Shown: positions 25,456 through 34,514 of the stretch, one piece after another
Numbering within the stretch: the first letter of the stretch is position 1
How the letters are laid out: each line of letters starts with the position of its first letter
Origin: a virus
Lineage: Duplodnaviria > Caudoviricetes
Strand: one strand, 5' to 3'
Virus record (IMG/VR): IMGVR_UViG_3300029988_000010
Location: 1 to 57,979 of that record
DNA: 57,979 nt
Made by a program: the position numbers and the translations under genes
Notes under the pieces: generated by a model
What the model saw: the letters and a program-made list of their open reading frames with translations, nothing else
What the model was told of the DNA's origin: nothing
Database searches by the model: none

Positions 25456-27360
25456 CTAGGAACTCAGCGCGCCAATGGCGACGCCGAAATTATGCAGGCA
25501 GGTTCGCATGTTAAGCGCGTCGTTCTGGTTTGTGTTGACGTTGAAGGCGCCCCCAAAATGGAAGGCCATCAGGTTGTTGACGCCGGCCAGCAGCCCGCTG
25601 GCGTAGCCGAGCTGAAGGTTGCGGTTTTGGAATGCGGCTGACGTATCAGTCCCAGTCGGGCCGGCTACGCCGTCCTTAAATGCCGCCCAAGCGCCTGACG
25701 CGGTCCTGTTCCACATGATGTGGCCCGGCGCTGCGGCTGCTGCTGACATCGTTTTTGGCGACCCATAGTTCGGCTGGCCTTGGAAGTAGCCAGCGCCGTT
25801 GATGCCGATCGCCGACCCCGCACATCCAACGTCATACGAACTGGTGGCTCCAGCGCCGGGATTGGCGGTCAGGAACCATGCTCCCATGTGCATAGAATTC
25901 TGGGAGGCCTTCAGCGCCGGGGCCGTGGACAAGTTGATGCCGGTGCTCAGGTAATCCGACGTCGATCCATCGCCCGACCAGCCGGAATTGGCGGTGAAGA
26001 TGGGGCTTCCGGTCCGGGAGAGCTTGTAGTTGGCGACGGTGTAGCCAGAAACGCCACCGCCAGGGGTCGTTAGAGACAGCAACGTCGTGTCGTTGTCCGG
26101 CCCCGCGAGCATGTAGAGGGCGTCGAGGTACTGAAGGAGGCCGAACGATTTCAGCGCCGCGTAGAGCGTGTCGATCTCGTTGCGATACACCGACATGACG
26201 CCAGTCGGGATATTCGGCGCGCGGTTGATGAAGGTCGAGGTTTCGGACTGTTCGGATAGGGGTGCGCCAACCCCATGGAAGCCGTGGAGATAGGCGGCGC
26301 GCGAGAGCGGCTTCTGCACAGAGCCGTCCGGGGTAAGGCGGCAGGTGAATTGGCTGCTCGCGTCGCGGTTCCAGACCCCGTGGTAGAGAACGTTGTTGGC
26401 CGGATCGTTGATGAAGTTGCCCATGTCACGGACGTAGCCGGGGTTATCCATGCCAACCATCCACTCATCGAAGGACATCGGCTTGCCGCTGGCGCGCGCA
26501 AAATCGGCGATATACCGGATGCCGTAAGGGTTGGCGGCATAGCCGAGCACCGCTGGCGCGTAGGACATGGTGTCGAAAGTCTGATTGTAGGCCGCCGAAG
26601 AGGCGACGTAGTAGGCATCGATGCTGATCACATCGACGTAGGCGTTGCCGGGGTAATAGCCTTCCGTTCCCGTCTGGCCGGTAGGATCGAACACGGTCCC
26701 GACGCTGTCGGTGCTCTGTAACGGAACACACCAGACGGCCTTCAGCCGGGGGCTGATATTGCGCATCAGCGCCGCGACGTGCTGGAACGCGGCGATGTAC
26801 TGCCCGGCGGTCGTCGCGTTGGTGACGGCCCACGGCCACGTTGGGGTGCCGTACCCAAATCCGGCCTCATGGCCTAACCGGACGAAGATATCGCCATTCG
26901 GTTGGTGGGCCTCAATTTGCTCGAACATAGCCGTGTACTGCTGGTCGAACGTTCCAGCGGAGACGGCGGTCATCGCCTGGGTGTTGGTCGCCAGCGGGAT
27001 CGCCCAAATGAGCGGGATGCCCGGATAGGCCGCGCACTGGCTTTCCACCTGACCGATGCACTGGTCAAAGGTGCCGACGTTATTTTGGTACGGTGTCGAC
27101 CCACCAAGACCGTACTGACCAAAGGCGTGGATCATGTCCGGCGCTTGGCCGGTGAAGGCCTGCCACACTGCCATGTCGGCGAGGGTGATGCACCGAACCG
27201 CTGTCAGAAGCGGGCGCTTGGCCAGCCTGTATCCCTGCACCGCGTTCGCGATGGAATAGGCATCCTTGGCCACGGGTCCGTCAACCTGCGCCAGCGCGCT
27301 CGACGCATAGGCCGCGATGGGGGCGGCGCAGAGGCCCACTAGAAGGTCGCGCCGCTTCAT
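25456..27360 (-). CDS. GH26-like glycoside hydrolase with C-terminal beta-rich domain and Tat-like signal
   Basis: VRLGHE, YPGNAYVDVISIDAY, KPMSFDEW; MKRRDLL N-terminus. Confidence 0.8.
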   Translation of the reverse strand: MKRRDLLVGLCAAPIAAYASSALAQVDGPVAKDAYSIANAVQGYRLAKRPLLTAVRCITLADMAVWQAFTGQAPDMIHAFGQYGLGGSTPYQNNVGTFDQCIGQVESQCAAYPGIPLIWAIPLATNTQAMTAVSAGTFDQQYTAMFEQIEAHQPNGDIFVRLGHEAGFGYGTPTWPWAVTNATTAGQYIAAFQHVAALMRNISPRLKAVWCVPLQSTDSVGTVFDPTGQTGTEGYYPGNAYVDVISIDAYYVASSAAYNQTFDTMSYAPAVLGYAANPYGIRYIADFARASGKPMSFDEWMVGMDNPGYVRDMGNFINDPANNVLYHGVWNRDASSQFTCRLTPDGSVQKPLSRAAYLHGFHGVGAPLSEQSETSTFINRAPNIPTGVMSVYRNEIDTLYAALKSFGLLQYLDALYMLAGPDNDTTLLSLTTPGGGVSGYTVANYKLSRTGSPIFTANSGWSGDGSTSDYLSTGINLSTAPALKASQNSMHMGAWFLTANPGAGATSSYDVGCAGSAIGINGAGYFQGQPNYGSPKTMSAAAAAPGHIMWNRTASGAWAAFKDGVAGPTGTDTSAAFQNRNLQLGYASGLLAGVNNLMAFHFGGAFNVNTNQNDALNMRTCLHNFGVAIGALSS

Positions 27361-27896
27361 TGGGTGAAGCTCCCTGCGACGGTTCCGGAGGCGTAGGAGC
27401 CAAGCGACGCGCCGCAGTCGAGGCGATACTCTACGAAGGCCTGGGCTTCGTAGAGGTCCTCACTGACGCCCTGACCGCTCAAGCTCAGGGATTCGATCTG
27501 GGCGCCGAAGACGGTCAGCGGGACCCAGGTCGCGCCCGCATTGAACGACCGCTCGACAGGGCAAACGGCCGACATGGCCGCGGCGGGAATCGTGAGGTGA
27601 AAGGTTCGCCCCGCGACCGGCGTGAAGGCCGCTGACGCGGAGGCCGAAGCGATCGAGAAGGCCACCGTGCTCGCATTGGCGGGGAACGCGTTCAGCTGCA
27701 CGACGGCGGCGCTCTGGGTCTGCCCGAACGAGTCGGTGTAGGTCGCCGGCGGCGACCCGCTGGCGGTCTGCGCCGATGCGGCCAGCGGCGCGAAGGCGGC
27801 GATGCCCGCCAGGACGGCGAGGATCAGCAACATCCCCCGTCCGCGATGGAGGGCGGCCGGTAGGCTGGCGCGGCGGTTATGGGGCATGGGCTGCAT
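27357..27896 (-). CDS. Hypothetical beta-rich protein with signal-peptide-like segment
   Basis: AAGGA SD; LLILAVLAGIAAFAPLAASA-Q. Confidence 0.7.
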   Translation of the reverse strand: MQPMPHNRRASLPAALHRGRGMLLILAVLAGIAAFAPLAASAQTASGSPPATYTDSFGQTQSAAVVQLNAFPANASTVAFSIASASASAAFTPVAGRTFHLTIPAAAMSAVCPVERSFNAGATWVPLTVFGAQIESLSLSGQGVSEDLYEAQAFVEYRLDCGASLGSYASGTVAGSFTQ

Positions 27897-27975
27897 CAGG
27901 TCAGTCCTTAAGCGCGCGCACGGCGTGCGCGCCACGGCATGGCCGTTGTTGAAGGGGTCGCGCCAGGGGCGCCGG

Positions 27976-29130
27976 CTATCGCCACACCCCGCCCGGGGCG
28001 CCCTGGTTCTGCCAGTCGGTCATCGACTGGTAGAAGACCTCGAGGTTGATGTCGGGCCAGCGGACCATCAGCTCGGCGTGGCCGATGGCGACGCGGTTGG
28101 CGAGGTAGAGGCTGTTGCCGGCCTCGCGCCACTTACGCCAGAAGGCGATGTCCTCATCGACGTGGCCGTCGTTCCAGGTGCCGTCGGGCGCCGGGGTTGA
28201 ATGGAACCAGGGCTTGGGCAGCTGCCGCAGCTTTTCGGTGCGGATCAGGGTCAGGCCGAAGTGGGCGGTGGCCACCGGCTGCAGGTCCGGCTCGAAATCG
28301 GCGCGCGACAGGGTCGGGGCGTTGTCGCCCTCCGGCCCCTCGACGGTGAACAGCGCCGTCTCCAGGTGGCGCGAGGACTGGATCGGCGCGATCGCGTCGG
28401 CCTCCGGGTGCAGCATCATCAGCTGCATCAGCTGCGCCACGTGGGCCGGCGAGAAGATCGAGTCGTAGTCCAGGGTCAGGATCGCATCGGGGTTGTCTTC
28501 CTCGATGATCCGCTCGAACACCTTGGTCAGCGACTGGCCCCAGAAGGCCCCGCCGTGCTTGCGGAACTTGACCTGGCACGGCACCATCGCCTCGATGGCG
28601 CAGAAAAGGTTGTCCATGAAGCCGAGGCGCGGCACGCTCATGGCGCCCGAGACGACGATCTCCGACACGAACGGCTTGTGGGCCTCCAGGTTCAGGGAAA
28701 TGTCGAGGTCGGCGCAGTCGCCGAGCTCGGATCGCCAGGGCCGGATGATGACCAGGCCTTGAGCCGCCAGCAGCTTGCGCAGGGTGTCACGGTCGAACAG
28801 GGCCTTGTGGAAGTCGTCGGCGTCGGTCTGGCCGCCCAGCAGCCAGCCCTGGTGCGGGGCGGGGTGGCCCTCCAGGTAGGATTGGGCGATCTTGGCGAAG
28901 TCCGGCACGGCGATGCGCAGACGACCGCCCTTTTTCAGGGCGCGGGTCCAGTCCTGAAGCACCGCCGCGACCTGGCCATGCGGGAAATGCTCCAGCACAT
29001 GGCTGGCGTAGATCTCGTCGACGGTCTCGTCGGCATAGGGCAGCGGGTAGATTTCCGAGCCGTGGTCGTGGCCCAAGGGCGTGAAGCCAGGCGCGGACGT
29101 GGGGCCGGCGCCGAGGTCGAGTTTAAGCAT
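27976..29130 (-). CDS. SAM methyltransferase fused to a GT-A glycosyltransferase-like domain
   Basis: LDLGAG, SHVLEH, LKKGG..VPD; then LDYD, HFGLTLI, EDIAFW, IGH. Confidence 0.8.
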   Translation of the reverse strand: MLKLDLGAGPTSAPGFTPLGHDHGSEIYPLPYADETVDEIYASHVLEHFPHGQVAAVLQDWTRALKKGGRLRIAVPDFAKIAQSYLEGHPAPHQGWLLGGQTDADDFHKALFDRDTLRKLLAAQGLVIIRPWRSELGDCADLDISLNLEAHKPFVSEIVVSGAMSVPRLGFMDNLFCAIEAMVPCQVKFRKHGGAFWGQSLTKVFERIIEEDNPDAILTLDYDSIFSPAHVAQLMQLMMLHPEADAIAPIQSSRHLETALFTVEGPEGDNAPTLSRADFEPDLQPVATAHFGLTLIRTEKLRQLPKPWFHSTPAPDGTWNDGHVDEDIAFWRKWREAGNSLYLANRVAIGHAELMVRWPDINLEVFYQSMTDWQNQGAPGGVWR

Positions 29131-29157
29131 GTCGGGGAAGTTCCTCTGTCGGGAGGC

Positions 29158-29259
29158 GCGCTCAAGCAGCGCGAAGCGCGGTAGCGCGGGGATGCGCTCA
29201 AGCAGCGCGAAGCGCGGTAGCGCGGGGATGCGCTCAAGCAGCGCGAAGCGCGGTAGCGC
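29158..29259 (+). repeat. Three tandem CAAG elements (36-bp period)
   Basis: GCGCTCAAGCAGCGCGAAGCGCGGTAGCGC three times, separated by GGGGAT. Confidence 0.95.
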
Positions 29260-29349
29260 AAAAAGGATGGGGGTCGATGGGGACCGGACCGACACCCGGT
29301 CCCCATCTGGTCAGCGCTGACGTCTGGTCCGGGTGTCGGCCCGGATGGT

Positions 29350-29595
29350 TTACTCGGCGACCTTTTCCGCGGCGGCCTTGGCGCCCTTTTCGGGCTTGGG
29401 CGTCATGGCGGCCTTGGCGGCGTCAGCCGCTTCCGCCGCGGCGGCGTCTTCGGCTTCGGCGCAGGCCTGGACCTCGTCGAGCAGCACCTTGGCCGTCGCG
29501 ATCGAGCGGCGGATGTGGTGGATCTCGACGCCGCCGTGAGCGGGTAGCAGCTGAGCCGCGAGCGCGGCGACGTGGTCGGGTTTATGTTTGGGCAT
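29350..29595 (-). CDS. Hypothetical protein
   Basis: AAAGGA SD; Ala/Glu/Lys-rich. Confidence 0.65.
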   Translation of the reverse strand: MPKHKPDHVAALAAQLLPAHGGVEIHHIRRSIATAKVLLDEVQACAEAEDAAAAEAADAAKAAMTPKPEKGAKAAAEKVAE

Positions 29596-29616
29596 GGCGC
29601 GTCGGTCCTTTGACGA

Positions 29617-29758
29617 TCCCTTCTCCCTGAGGGAGAAGGAGGGGCCCGCGCCCGTAGGGCGTGGGAGGTTGAGGGGTTACGGACGGTCGGGGTTAGCCCG
29701 GCGGCGCCGTAACCCCTCAACCGGCCCTTTGGGCCACCGTCTCCCAATGGGAGAGGGA
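29617..29758. repeat. Composite palindromic repeat (RIME/REP-like)
   Basis: CTCCC/GGGAG terminal hairpins; perfect 16-bp inverted repeat 29667-29682/29707-29722. Confidence 0.8.
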
Positions 29759-29808
29759 GTGACCCCGCGTGACGCGCACGCCGTGCGCGTCACGCGGTCA
29801 GGCGCGGC

Positions 29809-30273
29809 CTAGCCCTCGACGAGGGACAGGACGTTGGCCTTGGCGGCGGTGATCGGCGCCTGTTCGTTGCGGTAGCCGTTCGCCGTGACCTGGAAGGTCT
29901 GGGTCGTGGTCGGCGAGATGACGATGTTGAGGTAGCGTTTCCGCTGCCGCGTGTCGGTGTTGAACTTGTAGTTGTTCTGGCCCGAGGTCTTGCCGATGCC
30001 GACCACGAAATCGACGTTGGTCGCCGTGGCGGAGCCGCCGCGGAAACCGACGCAGTCGGCGAAGGTGGAGGCGACCGTGGTGTCGCTTTCCTGCATTTTC
30101 AGCACCGACGGCGAGCCGGCCTGGGTCGAGGCGGACTGGGTGGTCGCCGAGATGTCGATGGTGACGTAGTCCAGGCCCAGAGTGTCGATGTTGGACGAGG
30201 TGTAGGTGCCCGCATTGGTCGCGGAGCCGGCGCTTTGGGTCGCGTCCAGCAGCAGTTTAGCCTGAGGAAGCAT
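29809..30273 (-). CDS. Putative capsid decoration/cement protein
   Basis: Directly after the MCP gene; Ser/Thr-rich beta composition; AAAGGA SD. Confidence 0.6.
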   Translation of the reverse strand: MLPQAKLLLDATQSAGSATNAGTYTSSNIDTLGLDYVTIDISATTQSASTQAGSPSVLKMQESDTTVASTFADCVGFRGGSATATNVDFVVGIGKTSGQNNYKFNTDTRQRKRYLNIVISPTTTQTFQVTANGYRNEQAPITAAKANVLSLVEG

Positions 30274-30290
30274 GGGAAGGGTCCTTTCTT

Positions 30291-30395
30291 GCGCTACCGC
30301 GCGCCTGGGGCGCGCAAGTTGAGCGCGGATGGGGTTGGAAAAGGAGGGCGAACCAGGGGCCCAAGCCCTCAAGCAGCGAAGCGATAGGGCTTGGG
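30291..30395. repeat. Inverted pair of CAAG elements
   Basis: 30291-30326 (-, CAACTT variant) and 30360-30395 (+). Confidence 0.9.
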
Positions 30396-30406
30396 ACAGA
30401 GACTCC

Positions 30407-31720
30407 TTACGGGCTTTTCGCGGCGACCAGCGGACCGGCGGCGGTCGTCGAGCCGAGGTCGTGGTTGTTGATGTCGAAGCGCTCGGTGCCCAGCAGGCCG
30501 ATCTGGTCGTTCTCGAAGTAGCGGTGATCGGACCGACGGATGGTCACGCCGCGGCGCTCGCCCATGGCCGAGGACTTGGCCAGGTCGCCGAAGTAGAACA
30601 TCGGAAGGCCCGAGCCGGGGGTGACGATCGGCAGCTGTTGACTGATCACGACCGGGAAGCCGAGCAGGCGCGGCGTCAGCGGATCGGCCAGGGTGAGGGT
30701 GGTGTTGCCGCCGGCCTTGGCCAGGACGGTGCCGACAGCGGAATAGAACATCTGCTGGCTCATGTACCACTTGGCGCTCTTGATCGCGTATTGCGGCAGC
30801 ACGCCCATGACGCCGGTGAAGTCGGCCACCGTCAGCGAGGTCAGCGATGCCGAGGAGGTCTGGTACTGGCCAGCGGTATGAGTACCGTCGCCGAACAGGG
30901 TGCTCAGCCCGCGAATGCCGCCGTAGGACGATGTGCCGTCCCCACTGAAGCCGGAGGCGTCCTCCTTGGCCGCGAAGGCGTAGGCGATTTCTCCCACCAG
31001 CCAGTCGGCGATCGAGACGACCGCATCCTCGGCGATTTCGTTGGACATCCGGGTCAGGGCGCCCAGCTTCTTGGCGGTCAGGTTGATGGCGTCCCACTGG
31101 GCCTGGGACTCGGTCGTCGCCTGGTTTTCACCAGTGAAGTAGGCGGTCAGGCCACCGACGCGGCGGGGCCAGTTCAGGGTGTCGCTGCCCATCGGGATGA
31201 CGGTGCATTCCTTGCGGAACACGCCGAATTCTTCGCGAAGCACGATGATGTTGGCGAGCAGCTCTTCCGGAACCAGGAAGCCACCGGCGCTATCGACGCC
31301 TTCGCCCTGAGCCTTGGTCAGCGGCACGCCGCGCGATTTGCACCAGTCGATCGCCTCGGCGTTGCCGAAGATCGTCGCCTTGAACCACATGCCGGCGGTG
31401 TAGGCCTGGTCGACGGCGCGGACGGTCTGGCCGCCGATCTCGCGGTCCTTGAAGTTCTTCAAGGAGCCGTACAGCTTGTGGGCGCTGGCGGGCGCCGAGG
31501 GGGTCAGCCGGTCCTGGCCCGCCACCGGGGTGGCGAGGCTGGCGGCGACCTTTTCGGCCTCCTCGACGCGGCCGAGCTGCAGCTGCAGATCGGCGATCTT
31601 CTCCTTCAGGGCGTCATAGACGTCCTGCTTGAACCCATCGGCTTCGGACTTGCCGGCCATGGACTCCAGTTCGTCCGCGGCCTTGCTCAGCTGCTGCCGC
31701 AGTTCGTGCTTCTTCGCCAT
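30407..31720 (-). CDS. Major capsid protein, HK97 fold, with delta domain
   Basis: GGFLVPEE, LTAKKL, GDG, LLGFPV, YFGD, ERFD. Confidence 0.95.
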   Translation of the reverse strand: MAKKHELRQQLSKAADELESMAGKSEADGFKQDVYDALKEKIADLQLQLGRVEEAEKVAASLATPVAGQDRLTPSAPASAHKLYGSLKNFKDREIGGQTVRAVDQAYTAGMWFKATIFGNAEAIDWCKSRGVPLTKAQGEGVDSAGGFLVPEELLANIIVLREEFGVFRKECTVIPMGSDTLNWPRRVGGLTAYFTGENQATTESQAQWDAINLTAKKLGALTRMSNEIAEDAVVSIADWLVGEIAYAFAAKEDASGFSGDGTSSYGGIRGLSTLFGDGTHTAGQYQTSSASLTSLTVADFTGVMGVLPQYAIKSAKWYMSQQMFYSAVGTVLAKAGGNTTLTLADPLTPRLLGFPVVISQQLPIVTPGSGLPMFYFGDLAKSSAMGERRGVTIRRSDHRYFENDQIGLLGTERFDINNHDLGSTTAAGPLVAAKSP

Positions 31721-31726
31721 AATCTA

Positions 31727-31784
31727 GGCTCCATCTGAGGGAATGGCGCGCTTCACAGCGGGCCGGTTCGCCTTGCCCAAGGGC
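31727..31784 (-). promoter_or_regulatory. Conserved 5' leader of the major capsid gene
   Basis: Near-identical to 21734-21792. Confidence 0.85.
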
Positions 31785-31845
31785 GTGTTGGGGGCAGAGC
31801 GACGCGCGGGGCGGCGCTCTGATCTTGGTTGTCGGGACCTGAGTT

Positions 31846-31883
31846 GCACTACCGCGCGAACGCGGACCGCACCGCTTGAGCGC
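31846..31883 (-). repeat. CAAG element (divergent)
   Basis: GCGCT-CAAGCG...GC-GGT-AGTGC right after the protease stop. Confidence 0.75.
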
Positions 31884-31884
31884 G

Positions 31885-33324
31885 TCAGTCGTTGCTCGGC
31901 AGCGAGGCCTTGAGCTCGCGGGCTTCTTTCAGCCGGCGCTGCTCGGGGGTCATGTCGTCGGGAATGACCGTGGCTTCCGGCTCGGCGGGGAGGCTGTCGG
32001 ACGGCGCCGGTTCGTCGGGGGGCATTTCCTCGTCGTCGGCGAGGATGGACTTGATGCACTCTGCCGCGGCGGCGTGGCTGTCCATCGCCTGCTGGTGCAG
32101 GTCCAGGGCCTTCACCAGCGTTTCCTTCGTCGCCGCCGAAATGCGACGGCCGGCCTTGGCGCGGAGCGCGGCTTTGGCGGCGGGGCTCATCCGCGCCTCA
32201 TAGTGGTCGAGAACGGTGCGCACGCTGGTCTTGACGCCGTCGGGAATGTCCGTATCCGGCAGCCGCGAGGCGGCGGCGCGCAGGCCGCCAGCGTCAGCCT
32301 TTAGCACGTCGCCGTGCAGATGGGCGAAGGGCAGCTTGTAGGACCCGCGCAGCTTCGGCGCGGATGCGTCGTAGGCCAGGAAACCCTTGCGGGCGATGGC
32401 CGGGTCGAAATCAGCGCCCCCGGCATGCTCAAAGATCGACGCGGCGGCGGCAGGACCATCCCAGCTGTCGCCGGACTCATCCAGCGGCAGATCCGTGGCC
32501 GCGGCGCACTTCCAGTCCGCAGCGTCGTCGCCCGCGGCGCGGAGCACGAAGCGGTCGTCGATGACCAGGGCCTCGGTTGGGTCCTGAAGCCAGCGCTTCA
32601 GTCCATCGCGGGCCCGTTCGGCCGCTTCCGCGCTGATAGTCCCCTTGGCCTGCAGATAATAGCGCGTCGGCGCCGTTCCCTTGGCCTGGGTGCGAAGGGC
32701 TTCCAGATCCTTGCGGGGCAGGAACACGGTATCGCCGTTGTCCAGCACCTTTTCCGCCCATTCCACCAGCGGCCAGGTGTCGACGCCCAGGCTGCGCGCC
32801 TCGCCAAGGGCGTTGGGGTTGCAGGGCACCGGGCAGACCGAGATTTCCAGCAGGGTCTGTTTCTTGAAGTCGATGCCGTAGGGGCGGTTCTTGTCGGCGC
32901 TGAAGGCCCATTCCTTCGGCAGGAAGCCGACGGAGACGGCGTTCATGAACTTGCCCTTCAGCAGCCGGTAGATGGTGTCGGCGAAGGGGTAGATGTCGGC
33001 GCTGGCGAATTCGATGTCGCCGACCAGCTTGTCGCCTTCCACGGCCACGTAGGGGCTCCGGCCGATCGGCGGCTCCCAGCTCATGTGGCTGAACAGCGCG
33101 ACCGGGTTGCGCTTGAAGAGGCTGGTGTCCCAGCCCTTGGGATCGATGCTGTCGTCGGAGTGGTCGACAGTGGCGTCGCTGAAGACGAAGCGCATGGTGC
33201 GGGCGTCTTCAGCGCCCTGCTGCTGGGGTTCAGTCGTGGAGAACCGGAACACGGTCCCATCCGGACGTTGGCCATCCTTGGCCGCGGCGCGGAAGTCGTC
33301 CGTGGAGAGGAGCTTCATGGGCAT
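31885..33324 (-). CDS. HK97-type prohead protease with C-terminal extension
   Basis: NPVALFSH, AVSVGF, LLEISVCPVPCNPNA. Confidence 0.9.
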   Translation of the reverse strand: MPMKLLSTDDFRAAAKDGQRPDGTVFRFSTTEPQQQGAEDARTMRFVFSDATVDHSDDSIDPKGWDTSLFKRNPVALFSHMSWEPPIGRSPYVAVEGDKLVGDIEFASADIYPFADTIYRLLKGKFMNAVSVGFLPKEWAFSADKNRPYGIDFKKQTLLEISVCPVPCNPNALGEARSLGVDTWPLVEWAEKVLDNGDTVFLPRKDLEALRTQAKGTAPTRYYLQAKGTISAEAAERARDGLKRWLQDPTEALVIDDRFVLRAAGDDAADWKCAAATDLPLDESGDSWDGPAAAASIFEHAGGADFDPAIARKGFLAYDASAPKLRGSYKLPFAHLHGDVLKADAGGLRAAASRLPDTDIPDGVKTSVRTVLDHYEARMSPAAKAALRAKAGRRISAATKETLVKALDLHQQAMDSHAAAAECIKSILADDEEMPPDEPAPSDSLPAEPEATVIPDDMTPEQRRLKEARELKASLPSND

Positions 33325-33345
33325 GGCGACCCTTATCCTTACGTT

Positions 33346-33438
33346 GCGCTACCGCGCGCCAGAGGCGCGCTGCTTGAGCGCGTTTTACGTTGCGCTACCG
33401 CGCGCACGGCGTGCGCGGCGTGCGCGGCGCCTAAGCGC
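33346..33438 (-). repeat. Two tandem CAAG elements (second degenerate, contains the 17-mer)
   Basis: Both end GCGGTAGCGCAACGTAA on the minus strand. Confidence 0.9.
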
Positions 33439-33440
33439 GG

Positions 33441-34487
33441 TTAGGGCGCGACCAGGACGGCGAGGCTGCCGTTGTTGGTGTTGTCGCCCATGTCGTGGAT
33501 GACGGCGTCGAAACGCTCGGTGGCGAGGATCGCGAGCTGGTCCTCGATCATATAGCGGTCCTCGCTGCGGGCGATGGTCAGGCCGCGGCGCTGGCCGAGG
33601 ACGGCGGCGGCGTACATGTCGCCGAAAGCCATCATCGGCAGCCCGGAAGTCACCGTGGCGGAGAGCGGGAGCGCCTGGGTCAACACGACCGGGAAGCCGT
33701 TGAAATAGGGGGTGGCGATGTTGTCGAGCGGACCGGTGTAAAGGTAGCCGCCGGCATTCGCGAGACGGATCACGGTCTGGGCGAAGGCCGTGACACTCAT
33801 GAACCAGGCCGCGCGGGGGATGGCCGAGGCGCGGACGCCTTCCACGAGCCTGGCCATGTCGCCGGCCTGCAGGGAGCCGAACGCGTCCGCGCTCGCCGCC
33901 TGCCGGGCTTGGCCGTGAGCGCCGTCGTTGGCGATCGTTCCGATGCCCTTCATGCCGCCATACGCCGAGGTGCCGTCGCCGCTGAAGGCGCATTGATCCT
34001 CTTTCACGGCCAACGCCCAAGCCAGTTCGTTGGCGACGTAGTCGACCATGTCGACGATCGAGTCCTCGGCCAGCTCGTTCGAAAGGCGCACCAGGGCGCC
34101 AAGCTTCTTCGCGGTGAGCTTGACCTCGTCCATATTGGTGTTGGTGTTCGCCGCGGGGCTGTTTTCGGCGAAGAAGAAGGCCTGGGCCGCGCCGATGCGG
34201 CGCGGGAAAGACGACGAGTCCGAGCCCATCGGCCACTTACAGGCGCGCCGCCGGAAGGCGCCGTAGCTGTCGCGCAAGTCGAGGATGGCGTTTTCGAGCG
34301 CCTCGGGGACCAGGAAGCCGCCGCCGGAGCCAATGCCTTCGGACGCGGCCTTGACGATCGCCACGCCCTTCTTGTCGCACCAGTCGCGCGAGGCCTTACG
34401 GCCGTAGACCGTGGCCAACAGCCATTTGCCGGCACGCTCGTAGCGCGCCTCGACATCCGGACCGAAGCCTGGAAATGCTCGCCTCAT
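33441..34487 (-). CDS. Second capsid-family protein (MCP paralog without delta domain)
   Basis: GGFLVPE, PMGSD, LTAKKLGAL, FSGDGTS.YGG, ERFD shared with the MCP. Confidence 0.9.
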   Translation of the reverse strand: MRRAFPGFGPDVEARYERAGKWLLATVYGRKASRDWCDKKGVAIVKAASEGIGSGGGFLVPEALENAILDLRDSYGAFRRRACKWPMGSDSSSFPRRIGAAQAFFFAENSPAANTNTNMDEVKLTAKKLGALVRLSNELAEDSIVDMVDYVANELAWALAVKEDQCAFSGDGTSAYGGMKGIGTIANDGAHGQARQAASADAFGSLQAGDMARLVEGVRASAIPRAAWFMSVTAFAQTVIRLANAGGYLYTGPLDNIATPYFNGFPVVLTQALPLSATVTSGLPMMAFGDMYAAAVLGQRRGLTIARSEDRYMIEDQLAILATERFDAVIHDMGDNTNNGSLAVLVAP

Positions 34488-34514
34488 TGGGAATTTCCTC
34501 GCATTGGGCGGGAC

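Noticed and set aside
29158-29259. CRISPR array
   Set aside because: The 30-bp units are separated by an identical 6-mer, with no unique spacers and no cas genes.
29131-29295. (ALPRFALLERIP)n N-terminal extension of the methyltransferase
   Set aside because: It is the translated hairpin array; ATG 29130 starts directly at the SAM-binding motif.
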